This document shows positions 12,229 through 25,392 of a stretch of DNA of 64,000 nt, piece by piece (position 1 is the stretch's first letter; each line of letters starts with the position of its first letter). The stretch is from Octopus vulgaris (lineage: Eukaryota). Both the position numbers and the translations under genes were made by a program. The notes beneath the pieces were generated by a model. The model was not told the DNA's origin. It made no database searches and worked only from the letters and a program-made list of their open reading frames with translations. Location: assembly GCA_951406725.2 (NCBI GenBank), contig OX597815.1, forward strand, positions 110,422,001-110,486,000, written 5' to 3'.

Positions 12229-13864
12229 TATAAATATGTATATATCGTTTTTTACATATTCTTATGTGTATATATGTGTATATTTTTCCTTTTTTTATCT
12301 ATATTTAAATCTTATTTTATATATATTTTTAAATTACACATCTTTTATTTTTTATGTATATATGAGCTGCTCCGCGTCGGACGCTGAAATGATATTTAAT
12401 CACTCTATGGAGCATTTGGGTATCGGTTTAGCGTCTGGCACGAGATAGCCTACATCATGACATGCAGAATATCTTAAACCTTAATTGCTAATCTATCTAA
12501 GAAAAGAGAATCTCCAAAATAAACCTTGGGGCCTTGGAAGTACCCGGTTTTGTCAATTCTGATGTCACATCGGCGAAAGTTTTGTAGGTCAATGGGTGGG
12601 GGTAGTGCAGTGCAAGTTACACCCACTGAAAATTATTTATCTGCCCAGGTACTTCTTGTACATCAAATCTTAATAAAATCATCGAATAAGTTCGCAGAAA
12701 TTGAAAAATGCGCTTGCAACTTACTTTGAAATGTCTCAAACAAATTTAGTAAATGGTAGAAAAACGGCAGTAACTTAGTTGCCAACCCAGTACATATATA
12801 TATATTCAATTGTATTGGATGAATACACACACATGAATGATAAAGATTAACGAGTGGAAAAAGCTGGTAATTGCATAGACAAGAGTGTGGATATAAACAA
12901 GTAAATAGGAACAAATGAGCAAAAATGTAGATGGTTGTGCGGGTACTAGCTCCTTACGGCCGTTTCTGCCAAGAGGCAACAACATCTTCCAGGTTATCTC
13001 CATGACTTCAATGTTATGCAGAGATGAACAGACAAGGCTTGGATAATGGATATGCTCCTAGGCTTCTTCAGAGCGTCTAAGTAGTTGTGGGTGGGGCTAA
13101 CACATATAGAAGTCAGTTAAGAATAGATAAGGTGTGCTTATCCTTTTAAATAGAGTAAGAATAAGAATGAAAGCAAAAACAAGAATGCAAGTGAAATATA
13201 GCAGCGTACAATAATGTGGGCATAGCAAGGGGAAATAAAGTATTTATAAAGTATTTATAAAATCCATGGTATTTCATCCAGTGGTGGATAGGTGAATAAA
13301 GTCAAGTCCCTTTCAAGGGGAATTTTTGCAGGAGGGATACTTTTAGGCAGTATTTCAGTATATTGGATAGGTATTATCCCTTAGTTAGTTTCTCAACCTC
13401 TAACTCACACAGAAATAGATATATATATATATATGTATATATATATATTGACAAGTAATATTGGTAGTCACTTAAACATGGATGTCCGTTCGAGCGGACA
13501 CTACTGCGATTTTTTAAGCCCAAAAGGACATTTCCTCTAGCTGGTTAACGAAGCACAGCTACGTCCAGTGAAATTGCGAGCAGGAGAGCAAATCTCTACC
13601 ATCGCCTAGCGACGGGACCAGTAAACCTTAACAGGCTGCCTAACATACTAGAAAGGCAAGTCAAATACACACACACACACACACACACACGCATATATAT
13701 ATATATATATATAAGATATTATGAGACGTTTTGGTATTCAGAAGATCCAAAATGGCAGGTAAGGCTATGTAAATGCTACGGAAGGTCCGTACTTAGACTC
13801 CCGGTTCAACAATAGTATGAGTGAGAAGTCGTATGTATGTATGTATGTTTGTATGTATGTATGT

Positions 13865-14153
13865 CTCAAAGACTTCTCCATCGGCACAGAGACTTGGGAG
13901 ACATTTGCTGCCGACCGCTCATCCTGGCGCAGCACAATCACCACAGGAGCAAAGACAGCCGAGGAGAGACGGATTCAGTCAGCAGAACAGAAACGCCAGA
14001 TGCGGAAAGCCAGAGCCACCTGCACCAATAGCACAGCCCCTACCCACTTCTGCCCCACCTGTGGGAGGGGCTTTCTTGCCCGGATTGGCCTCACCAGCCA
14101 CCTCCGGTCTCATATCAGCAATTCCACCAAATGATGTCAATGGTCATCTTCGA
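13865..14153 (+). mobile_element. RTE/BovB-type LINE 3' end with C-terminal C2H2 finger
   Basis: WETFAADRSSWR ... CPTCGRGFLARIGLTSHLRSH*, then short 3' UTR atggtcatcttcga. Confidence 0.9.
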
Positions 14154-14157
14154 GTGT

Positions 14158-14547
14158 GTGGAGGCGCAATGGCCCAGTAGTTAGGGCAGCGGACTCGCGG
14201 TCGTAGGATCGCGGTTTCGATTCCCAGACCGGGCGTTGTGAGTGTTTATTGAGCGAAAACACCTAAATTTCCGCGCGGCTCCGGCAGGGGATGGTGTTGA
14301 TCCCTACGGTACTCTTTCACCACAACTTTCTCTCACTCTTACTTCCTGTTTCTGTTGTACCTGTATTTCAAAGGGCCGGCCTTGTCACTCTCTGTGTCAC
14401 GCTGAATATCCCCGAGAACTACGTTAAGGGTACACGTGTCTGTGGAGTGCTCAGCCACTTACACGTTAATTTCACGAGCAGGCTGTTCCATTGATCGGAT
14501 CAACCGGAATCCTCGTCATCGTAACCGACGGAGTGCTTCCACTTCCA
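14158..14547 (+). mobile_element. SINE family C, full length
   Basis: tRNA-like head with A/B boxes; (cttcca) tail. Confidence 0.9.
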
Positions 14548-15175
14548 ATGTATGTATGTATGTATATGTAGGTATGTATATATGTATGTACACATATATC
14601 TATCTATCCATATCTATATCTATCTATCTATATATCTATATCTATACACCCACACACACACACACAAAGCAAATTTCTCAGCATACAACGATTATCAAAT
14701 ATGTTTGTCTTGTTTTTAGTACTTATGTCATTCTACGCTCAAACTCTGCTACAGTAACACCGAATGGAAAAAAAAACAGTTTATAACAAGCAATTCTTAC
14801 AGCAGACGATAATTAACAAATTTGAGCATTACTGTTAGTATACAAATGTTAAAATCATGTCCAAGGGAGTAACGCATCATGTAATCTAAAGAATACAGTC
14901 TATTTCATTTCCTTTGAGAGGACTACCACGTTTAAATTCAAAGTATTTTCAAACGAGATGGTGGTTTGAAAATGGGTGAGTTAGAACAATCTATAATCCA
15001 GTCTCTTAATACCGAGTTAATATAAAATATGCACCGAATAAACTTGTAAACACTGTAATGACCAAAACCAATTTAAAACAAGAAAAAAGAACGAGAAATG
15101 TTCAAACCTGAAAGATAAACACATATCGTTCCCTCTTATACCCTTTCCTTCTCTCTGACCGTCTCTCTCAATACG

Positions 15176-15179
15176 TATG

Positions 15180-15213
<34 letters not shown>

Positions 15214-15284
15214 TGTATGTATGTATGTATGTATGTATGTATGTATGTATGTATGTATGTGTGTATGTATGTATGTATGTATAC

Positions 15285-15332
<48 letters not shown>

Positions 15333-15388
15333 GTGTGTGTGCTTGTGTATATGTATATGTATATGTGTGCATATATATATATATATAC

Positions 15389-15430
<42 letters not shown>

Positions 15431-15594
15431 TTGTAGTATGTGAATATATATGTGTATATATATATGTATATATGTATGTATATATATATATGTATGTATG
15501 TATATATATATACATATACATACATATAAATACATATATATATATACATACATATGTATATACACACACACATATATATTTATTCATATACATG

Positions 15595-15638
<44 letters not shown>

Positions 15639-15660
15639 ATATATATATATATATACATGG
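15176..15660. repeat. Compound (GTAT)n/(TA)n/(TG)n microsatellite
   Basis: Direct reading. Confidence 0.95.
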
Positions 15661-15967
15661 AATATATGATTTTGTACGCATATAATCTTTGAAGGAACAT
15701 ATTCCATTGTAAACATAATTGATATATACATATTTTGATTTCTAGTAACTACAGCTTGTGATTAATTATTGCCTTGAGAGTATATTGGGAATTCAAAACC
15801 TTAGAATTAGCCATTGATTAATATCTAAAGAAAATATATTATGGGTCTGTCTGTATGTATGTATATATGTATGCATGCTTGTATGCATGTATGTTTAGAT
15901 GTGTGTATGCAATATAATGTATGTAATATTCGTATGCAATATATACATGTGCATGCATGTGTTATAT

Positions 15968-16013
<46 letters not shown>

Positions 16014-16041
16014 GTATAAATCCATGTATGTGTTTGTATGC

Positions 16042-16112
<71 letters not shown>

Positions 16113-17439
16113 TATATATCATACGGTCCGACGAGTTTTTACCAGCGGGCTAGTTCGATTTTATATATTTACTTTCGCTTTCTATTTCACAGAGTATTTG
16201 ATATTTTCATCATAACATGTTTTCCTTCTTTGCTTCCCATTTTTATATTATTTTAAATTGTATACCTGTTTTGATCGTTCTTCGCTTTCCAAGTTTATTC
16301 GGTGCACATCGGTTGTTAGGTCTGCTATGAAGATATACAATTATAATTTTCCCCCTGAATTCCTTCCCCAAACTAACCTATTTTAAATATATCTTCGTTT
16401 CTTTTGAAAGTCTGCGGTATGAAATGTGGTTTGCACCCCCACCTTCTGCTCCGCCTTCCTACTAATCTCAGAGCAATAGGTGACCTTTCGTGCATTATGA
16501 ACAGATGTTCTTCGGCACTTGAAAACGTTTCGCGGAAATAAGATTATCGCACTCCACAGAATCGGAAACAAAAGCTTAATTGCTAATCATATGTATATCG
16601 ACTTTCCTCAGCAGTCGTTTTAGACCTCTGTCTGTCGTCAGAATTTTCTTCAGACTCCGCCCCGTCCGCTAAGAAGACCGACAATTCTATGTTATCTCTA
16701 CGAAATGTTTTCCCTTCTCCTCTGTCAACGAACTTTAAAACAATTACTCTCACCGCCACAACCACATCGGCACAATCTACTTTAATCATTCACCACCGAC
16801 GCGACACGACCCTACACTTCTCATAAACCTTCACATTCCAAACTTTATATACAACCAACCTCTAAAGTTTTCCTCACCTCTAGGCTGTTAGCTACTTCGA
16901 TCAATGAAACTTTATCTGTATCCTACTCTTGACTCAACACTTTAAACACCACCACACCAACACCAATGTCACAACAGAAAAAAAGAATAAGAAAAAAGCC
17001 AAAAGAAAACAAAATATTACTACAACAACAGTATTATCGTATTTACACTAACTATTCTTCATTTAAAACATATTAAGATCTACATTTTCAGTTTAAAGTA
17101 TTTAGACAAAATATCTCTGTTAAAAGTTTTTAGACAAAATATTCCTGTTAAAATGTCTCCTGATATACTTCGGTATTAATTTTTTAAACAATGTTTTGCA
17201 GGTGAGGGATATATATCCAATTGAATAGATTCCCGTGGATACTTATTTCTTCGATTCCAAATAACCAAAAGGTAAGAACTTCTCTAATAGTATCTGAATA
17301 AACAACAAAATTAAATACTGTAGGCTTTCGTTTTCACTGTTTTTGTCGAAGATGAAGATCTCCGTGTCTAATAGAAGGAAAGAAGAATCATATCTTCAAT
17401 AAGGCGGCCTAACTTGAATGTTTGCAGTAAGTTGGACTT

Positions 17440-18300
17440 CGTTAGAGACACCTAGACACTAGAAGGTGATTTAGCTTGAACAACCGATTAAGTCTACCAT
17501 GTTAGAATAAGGAATATCTTTCTAACAGTTTTTCATACGATTTTAAATTTTATTTAGTTATATATTCCCTTTGATTAACCTAAGACTATGGTGGAATATA
17601 GTCAACCTGTTTCCCAAAACGGTTCTTCGTTAGACCAAACAGGCGATAGTCAGAAGGCTGGGATGCATGGTCAATGAAGGACCACTAATCAACCCAGCTT
17701 GTCGGTTCTCTGATTTGTCACCTGAGATGTATACACTCAGACATTGTCATGGTGAATGGGGATCGTTTACAGATTTTTGTTCAGTCACTTCTTCCTCATG
17801 GCTTCCCAGAGCTTTTTATAGGTTTAATCATATCTCTCGCAGCTCACGGTACAGCCACATTCTATAAAATAAATAAAATCACGTTTATGCTTACTGCTGG
17901 CTCTCAAGCTTGTCATGCTTTGGAGAAAAAGTATGACGCTATTCCGTGGGCTAAGCTTTCGTTTCTGAATCGTAAAATATGGCCATATTTGATCGCCTCT
18001 AACCAGATCGAAAAAGAAATCTTGTCTTGATAGGCTTCAGACACTTTTAACAGATCAGAGTAGACATCCAACCTGTCTTTCAAATCGGCTGCAAACTGCC
18101 TAGGTAATCCCTTTGCACACATTTTCCGATACACAAAATCTTCTGCAATCTTCCATAATGCAGTAACTACAATCCAGTTGCGTAACTTCACAGATTGTGT
18201 CCGCACTATCACTTCATCCTTACCTGGTGACTCATATCAATGGTCACAGTTGATGGATTCAATATAGAGCTTGGAAGTCCATCACTTATTCCTTTTCAGG
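17440..18300 (-). mobile_element. Decayed mariner (DD34D-type) transposase
   Basis: YRKMCAKGLPRQ (compare RKVCARWVP), later HHDN-like and PSDYRLFG remnants; frameshifted. Confidence 0.75.
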
Positions 18301-19974
18301 ATTTTGTCTTTGAACTGTTGTCATGATGAGTGATTCACTTCACGGATTCAGTCGAATTTATCGTCTTTAGTATTTGTTTCATCGACATCCAACTGTCGAA
18401 CTGCTATTTACAGGAGATAGATGAGGTGCAAACACCAGCCTGTGTGAATGTACATGCACCCCCACCTTATGGAATGAACATCTTACAGCTTCGGTAATTT
18501 GTAGTATATTTTCTCTGTAAATTCCATGAAACGGAGAAGTCAATAATAAAAGAAATTCAACCCTTTTATAGCAAGGTTTTTAGGAGTGCCAGCACTTCTG
18601 TAACGCGGAGCATGCCTGTATTTGAAGGTTTCTGTACAGTTAATATAAAACAAATTCCACCTACTTACTCACCACTGAGGCTATACTCGCAGACACTGGA
18701 ATAAATACCGTGCGACGGTACCGAACAAATAACCATGTAATTTCGAAGCGAAGTTCTTCATCACATAGCAATGTCTATGCGGTTTAGCAGAAGCACACAT
18801 AGATACGACTTAACCCAAATTAACTTTAACAAATATAAAATTTTCTAAGAAATTAGTGAGGGTCAATTTTGGTAAATAGCAAAAAAAAAAAAAAACAAGA
18901 ATTGCATACACCGAGCTTTATAAATTATTTTGTTCTAAGGGTGAGGCGATATCAGTTGTTTCACACATGGAGCTTTACCGGGGAACTTCGAATACCACTT
19001 TGTGAACGTTTCACAATATAAAACATAGCTCTGAATGAAGTGACATTGAGAGTAGCAATAGAGTAATGTATCATATTTTACAGTTCCGTTCATTTGTTAA
19101 TATTTTTTACTCAGATTACGCACAAGATTGTTATTTTTTCTATCTGAAGTGGCTGAACATAGTTTAAATGTTATTTGCAACAAAAGCATTTTTCAGAGAT
19201 TTTATATTTTTTCATTTCTGTTGTCACCTTAACAAAGATTTGTAAATCTGCACAGAATATGTAGTCAACCCACAAAACGTGAAATGCAAATTCAAATATA
19301 GTTGAAGTTAGTTCGTCTTTTGTGGGGAATGCTAATGAGCATAAACCTTGTCCATACATAAATATTTACGTATATATACAGTTTAATGTCTAAGTGAGTG
19401 TAAATATTATTGTATAAAACCATTTCAGCAAAATATTTAAACTGTATTCTTACGGAGTTAGATGGCAAAGCAAAATTGCTGTGGTCCTTATTTGATAGCT
19501 CAGTTTAAAATTTGTATATTCTACATAAGGGAGCTTTAATTTCAAGATATGAAATGTAAAACTGTATTCAAAAGCAAAGCCTTTATTCACTGTGCTTTCT
19601 CTAATGAATAGGCTTATGAAAATGTGTGTGAGTGGGAGAGTCCACGTCTGTCAAAGTCGACTATGTTTCTGCACATGTTTGCGCAGGCCTGAGCAAGTTT
19701 TTTTTCAGGAAGACCAGCAGTTACCCATACAATTCAAGTCTCACTCGATGCAATTGGCAGCCTGTTAAAAATGCACCGGCAATTTTTATAGGCTGCCAGC
19801 TTGGATTAATATGACATGTTACTTGCATACGCGCACGCCCACTCATACACATAGATATATACACATACTAACACATACATATACAAGGAAACAGTCATAT
19901 GAATACACATGCATACATACATACATACATAATACATACATACATACAAAAAAACATATATACATACATACATA

Positions 19975-20360
19975 TAGGGTGTAGCTGCGTAGCACTTCGG
20001 GCAAGTGTCTTCTACTATAGCTACGGGCCGATCAAATCCTTGTGAGTGGATTTGGTAGACGGAAATTGAAAGAAGCCCACCGTATACATACGTGCGTGTG
20101 TTTTTGTGTGTGTGTCTGTCTGTCTGTATGCCTGTCTGTCAATCTGTCTGTCTGTATTTGACCCCATCACTGCTTGACAACTGGTGTTGGTGTGTTTACG
20201 TTCCCATAACTCAGGAGTTCGGCAAATGACACCGATAGAATAAGTACTAGACTTTTAAAAAAATATGTCCTGGAATCGATTTGTTCAACTAAAATCCTTC
20301 AAGGTGGTGTTCCAGCATGGCTGCAGTCAGATCTCTGAAACAAATAAAAGAATGAAAGAA
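19975..20360 (+). mobile_element. SINE family B
   Basis: gggcaagtgtcttctactatagc ... ccagcatggctgcagtc. Confidence 0.85.
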
Positions 20361-20994
20361 TTTTAAAAATATATATATGCATGCATACACGCATACTCAT
20401 ACACATATATACATATACATATCCATATGCATATAAACACAATTACGTATAGAGCTAGAAACAGTCAACCGTATGAAATTACAAGCGATATCAAACAACT
20501 ATCAGAAGAAATTTGCAGCTGTAGAAATATTACAAAAACTTAATCATAACACACACATATATACACGCACACACTCATACATGCGATTGCGCTCGCATGT
20601 TCAAGAATATAACTAGTCAAAATCACACACTCACGGACGTACGCACACACACGCACACTCACACACACGCACCCGCACACTTATACATGTACATTAAAAG
20701 CGTTATAACTATGCCCTGCACTGAGTAACAGATATATTGAAAATTATGATCATAACCAATCAACAAAAGGCATTCACACAATAGCATATGCAACTCAATT
20801 CAAGTAGGTGGGGTTGCACTGAATGGCATGCAGTAAAATAGTTTTGATGCATTGAAATGTGTATGATAGATGGAGACTGCAAACAAAAACCTAATGTTAA
20901 ATATTTGCGAAGAAAAAGAAATGAAGGATTATCGGAAATTGACGGAAAATTAATTTTTTAAAGCTTATGTATAAAAAAAAGCATACATTGGCAC

Positions 20995-21120
20995 ATACTT
21001 GCGGAAGAGCGTAGGCTCGAAACGTTAAGGACTTTTTCACTTCCCGAGCGTTATACTAATACATCTATTTGTTATCTATACCACCTGTCTTCGTCTTTTG
21101 TTGTTTTGTGAATTCTCCCT
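20995..21120 (+). mobile_element. Penelope-type terminal fragment with degenerate hammerhead
   Basis: gaagagcgtaggctcGAAAcgtt; same family as 45390-45495 and 52243-52460. Confidence 0.6.
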
Positions 21121-21203
21121 ACATACATACATACATACATACATACATACATACATACATACATACATACATACATACATACATACATACGTACATACAT
21201 ACA

Positions 21204-21233
<30 letters not shown>

Positions 21234-21234
<1 letters not shown>

Positions 21235-24200
21235 CAGCTAGGAGCGACAAGTAGCGTATTTGGCGTAGGAGACTATTGAAAATACGGTGGATAGTATCTC
21301 CGGCTTTGGAACCACAACTATCAACCTTGTTAAATAACTGGTTAATCTTCAGATAAATTAACTAAAGTAGATGAATTAACAGATGAATTCACGATCGTAG
21401 TGATTATCTACTGAAACTTGAATTTACCTTGCAGCGAGTTACTATAAAGTACATGGCGGACGCAACATCAACAACACTACAACCGAGGAACAGAACGAAA
21501 ACAGCTCAACAGGTAAACAGATTCTTTCTATCTGTAGCTATAGAAGAAACCGTAATTGCAAAACTCATTTTATTTAGAGTTATGAATTGAATACCGATTT
21601 ATTTAACTGCTACAAAAGCGCGAAGCAAAACTCTGCTGTAGGCTATATGAATCGATTGAAATCATTGAGACGATCTACATCCAGAATTGAATAATTTTAC
21701 AGTGAAACAATTACGCCTACAAGCAACATCTGCTGAACATAGGAAGAAAGGTAGTGACTGTAACTTTATTAAAAGGGATCAGAAATTAACCTTCTTCTCA
21801 ACACTATAAACGAAAACGAAAACTTGAACATTCCAAAAGATTCTATACTGCCTGTCAGCCAAACTACATTACTGGCTAAAGTAACTGATCCCTGTCCGCC
21901 CTACTACGAGTATGTTAAATAGCAGGCTCAACCGCAACAATCATTGTAATAGTACTAGTCAGGATTATATATTGGTGAAATAAGCCCTTACTGAAATTTT
22001 ACGAGAAAAATAACTTTGACTTTGAAGTACTCTCTCGAGGAGAGAGTATTCTCTAACGAACTAAGTAAAAAAAAACCGTGAAACGGTATTAAAAGCTGTT
22101 AACGAAATTGCAATAACACAATCTCAGCAAAGCAAACAGCTGGGAAGATGGGGATCTCGGGATGTGCTGAGCAATTGTTGATAAACAAAACTGTAATGTC
22201 AAAGGTGCAGTAGCATAGAAAGAACTTAGTTTCAATGTGGCTAGACTACAAGAAAGCCTTTGCCTTTGTTCTCCACTCATGGATGCTAGAAGCCCTTCAA
22301 ATTGCTAAAGTTCCAGTGTGCATAGTCAGAGCTGTAGCTGGCCTGACTTCATCGTGGGCCACCATTTTGAAATTTAACACAAAGAGTGACTATATTATCA
22401 CTGACAGAATACACTATCGCAGAAGCATATTCCAAAGGAACAGTCTCTCTGTGATGTTGTTTATACTTTCTGTAAATCCTTGTCATGCATGTTAAGGTAG
22501 TCTGTAGGATATCTCACTGGTTCACAAAGAAACAGAAAAATTAAATTTACACACCGTTTCTTAGTGAATGACTTGAAATTATACGCAAAGAATATGCACG
22601 AGATAAATAAGAGCTTGGCCTGGTTTCAACAATCGCAAAGGATGTAGGGTTGGAGTTTAGTCAGGATAAATGTTGCTATACGGTTGTGAAAAGAGGAAAA
22701 ACTGTAAACCAGACTAGCAACATCTTTATCAATGACTTAACTATTGTCCCTATATCTGATGAGGAAAGTTACAGCTATCTAGGAGTAGATGAAAATATAT
22801 CTTAAAATGGCACCTGTACCAAAACACGAATCACTATAGAATGTTACCACCGGAAATAGGAAATTTGGACCTCAGAACTCTTTGCATTCAATAAAACAGT
22901 AGCCCACAATGTGCTTGTAGTGCCAGTACTCATATCAACATTTGGGCTGCTTGATTGGATGCTTGATGAGATCCGAACTATTGATGTGAAAACCCGGAAG
23001 AGACTAACAAGTACACATAATTTCTACATCAACCGTGACGTAGACTGCCTTTACCTAAAACGAAAACAAGGCAGCTGAGGTTTAACATCGATTCAAACTG
23101 CCTTTGAAAGTCGTATCATATCCTTCCGGTAACATCTTTTAATCATCAAGTGTCGAAGTGCATCCCTTGACTAAATTTGCATATATGAGGCTGAGACTTG
23201 GAAAGCATATCCTAAAGCAGCATTCCTTGTCTGATAACCTTAAATACATGCCCAAAGAAGTCACACGACTCAATCGCAACATATAATCAGATGAAAAGAT
23301 GAGCCTATATGAGCAAAAAGCCATTCATAAGTATATTAGTAGAAAGCTCCTACGTGATAGTAACATTGATCCTCAAAGCAGTATATCATTGAGCAACAAC
23401 CGGATTATTACCTCTTACTTTGAAAGGTATATGTTTGCAATCCAGGAACAGGAAATATCAACCAAATACCTGATGCACAAAAGGAACAGAGATGCAGGAA
23501 AAGCAGTGAAATGTCACAATCGATGCAGATTTTGTGGAGTTAACATCGAAGATATCATCCATATCATAAGTTGTTGTCCGAAAATGTCATCACGGTATAA
23601 TCTAGTGATGAGACATAATGATGTAGCTAGGATACTGTATAAAGCGATCTGTTGAAAAGATAATCACGAGGACAGAGAAATAAGAACCTACAGTATGGTG
23701 GAAGCCATAGCCACTCATAATAAAAAGGAGTACTGGTGGAATGTTCCAATGAAAACCTCAATAAATTGTAAACACAATAGACCTGGTATCATGATTTGGG
23801 ATAGAGAAGAGAAACTGCACAGTTGTGGAAATCAACTGCTCAACAGATGTTAACATAAAGCTGAAGATCAGAGAAAAAGAGAATACTTACACTGAACTAT
23901 TGATAAATATGCAGTTGCTCTATCCAGATTATAAGTTCAAGTTTATACTTGTAATTATTGGGGCACTGGGATACGTAACACACTGCTTAAATACCAGTTT
24001 TGAGAAATTCGGCTTCTCAAAAGCAGGAAGGAGAAAGCTGATTCGAAGACTACGGATCCAAGCCATCACTGGAACTGTAAAAAACTGTAAAGCTTTCCAG
24101 AAGTTTATCATTTATGTGTATATGAGCATGTCTAGATATGCAAGTATATTCATGAGAAGACATACATAAAACAAAAAGAAATACAAATCTGCACGTGAAC

Positions 24201-24300
24201 ATATATACATGATGTTGAAATTCCAATGAAGTAGCCTTGGTTCTAGATTAGATACCGGCTCTTCATTGACAAGAAATCTTGAAATAAAACTGAATAAAGA
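21234..24300 (+). mobile_element. R4/Dong-clade LINE, both ends retained, internally deleted and decayed, embedded in (CATA)n
   Basis: N-terminal YELNTDLFNCYKSAK..VGYMNRLK; RT motifs WLDYKKAF..HSW, RSIFQRNSLS, FLVNDLKLY and YSYLG; CRFC..HIISCC..RHND; RPGIMIWD..VEINC; IIGALG. (CATA)n at 21121-21233 and 24303-24452. Confidence 0.9.
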
Positions 24301-24459
24301 TATACATACATGCATACATACGTACGTACATTCATACATACATACATACATACATACATGCATGCATGCATGCATGCATGCATACATACATACATACATA
24401 CATACATACATACATACATACATACATACATACATACATACATACATACATACTGATTT

Positions 24460-24890
24460 CGCCAGACTTTTCTTCACCACATACTGAAAATAAGCTGGTC
24501 CTCACTTCTGCCACTAAGGTGCTTGCTGGAGCAAGGATCTCATTAATCCAAGCCATGCTTATTAGGAATCAACTTATGCTGGGAAAGAGAATAAATAGTA
24601 AGCCGAAGAAAAGATGCAAAGACTCTTTAAAATCAAATTTTGAAATGCCTTAAATTATGTTACAAAATTTTTGAACCACTTTTGGCAGATGGAGAAGCAT
24701 GGAAAATGACGATTTGGAGCGCTGTTAAAGATTTTGAGCTTGGCAGAATTAAGCATGCTGAAATGAAAAAGAAATTTCGTATAAGTCTGATTAATATCAA
24801 TAGAGTTTCGAAGCTTACCCAGTCCTTCTGTAAATGTTCTTTATGCACAAAGGTTTACATATCTCACGCTGAGTAAGATATATATGAAAT
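24460..24890 (+). mobile_element. Decayed RTE/BovB-type LINE 3' part
   Basis: HILKISW, IQAMLIRNQL, GKR..SKPKKRCKDSLK, AWK..IWSAVKDFE, CKCSLC. Confidence 0.75.
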
Positions 24891-24957
24891 ATTGGAATTT
24901 CATTCCGACCGATCTTCACCATACATACATACATACATACATACATACATACATACA

Positions 24958-24989
<32 letters not shown>

Positions 24990-25024
24990 AATATTACGCG
25001 TGTGTGTATATAATTATGTACATA

Positions 25025-25224
25025 ATTCTTTTCTTTGTTTCTGACTGCGGCCATGCTGGGGCACCGCCTTTAGTCGAACAAATCTACCCCAAGACATTCT
25101 TTGTAAGTCTTGTACTTTTTCTATCGGTCTCTTTTACTGAACCGCTAAGTTACAAGGACGTAAATACACAAACATCGGTTGTGAAGTGATGGTGGGGGAC
25201 AAACACAGACACACAAATACATGC

Positions 25225-25269
<45 letters not shown>

Positions 25270-25392
25270 AGGCTTTGGTCGGCCCGAGGCTATAGTAGAA
25301 GACACTTGCCCAAGGTGCCACGCAGTGGGACTGAACCCGGAACCATGTGCTTGGGAAGCAAGCTTCTTACCATACAGCCACTCCTACGCCTG
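25025..25392 (-). mobile_element. SINE family B
   Basis: Reverse complement of head and tail. Confidence 0.85.

Noticed and set aside
14158-14235. tRNA-like sequence (also heads of SINE families A and B)
   Set aside because: SINE heads attached to repeat bodies; no proper acceptor stem or terminator
15017-16215. Many long ORFs rich in Y/I/C/V/M/H/T here and elsewhere
   Set aside because: They are translations of (TA)n, (CA)n and (CATA)n, which lack stop codons
16380-16830. Possible gag-like zinc knuckle (L1/Tx1 ORF1) remnant
   Set aside because: Too degenerate to support from the sequence alone
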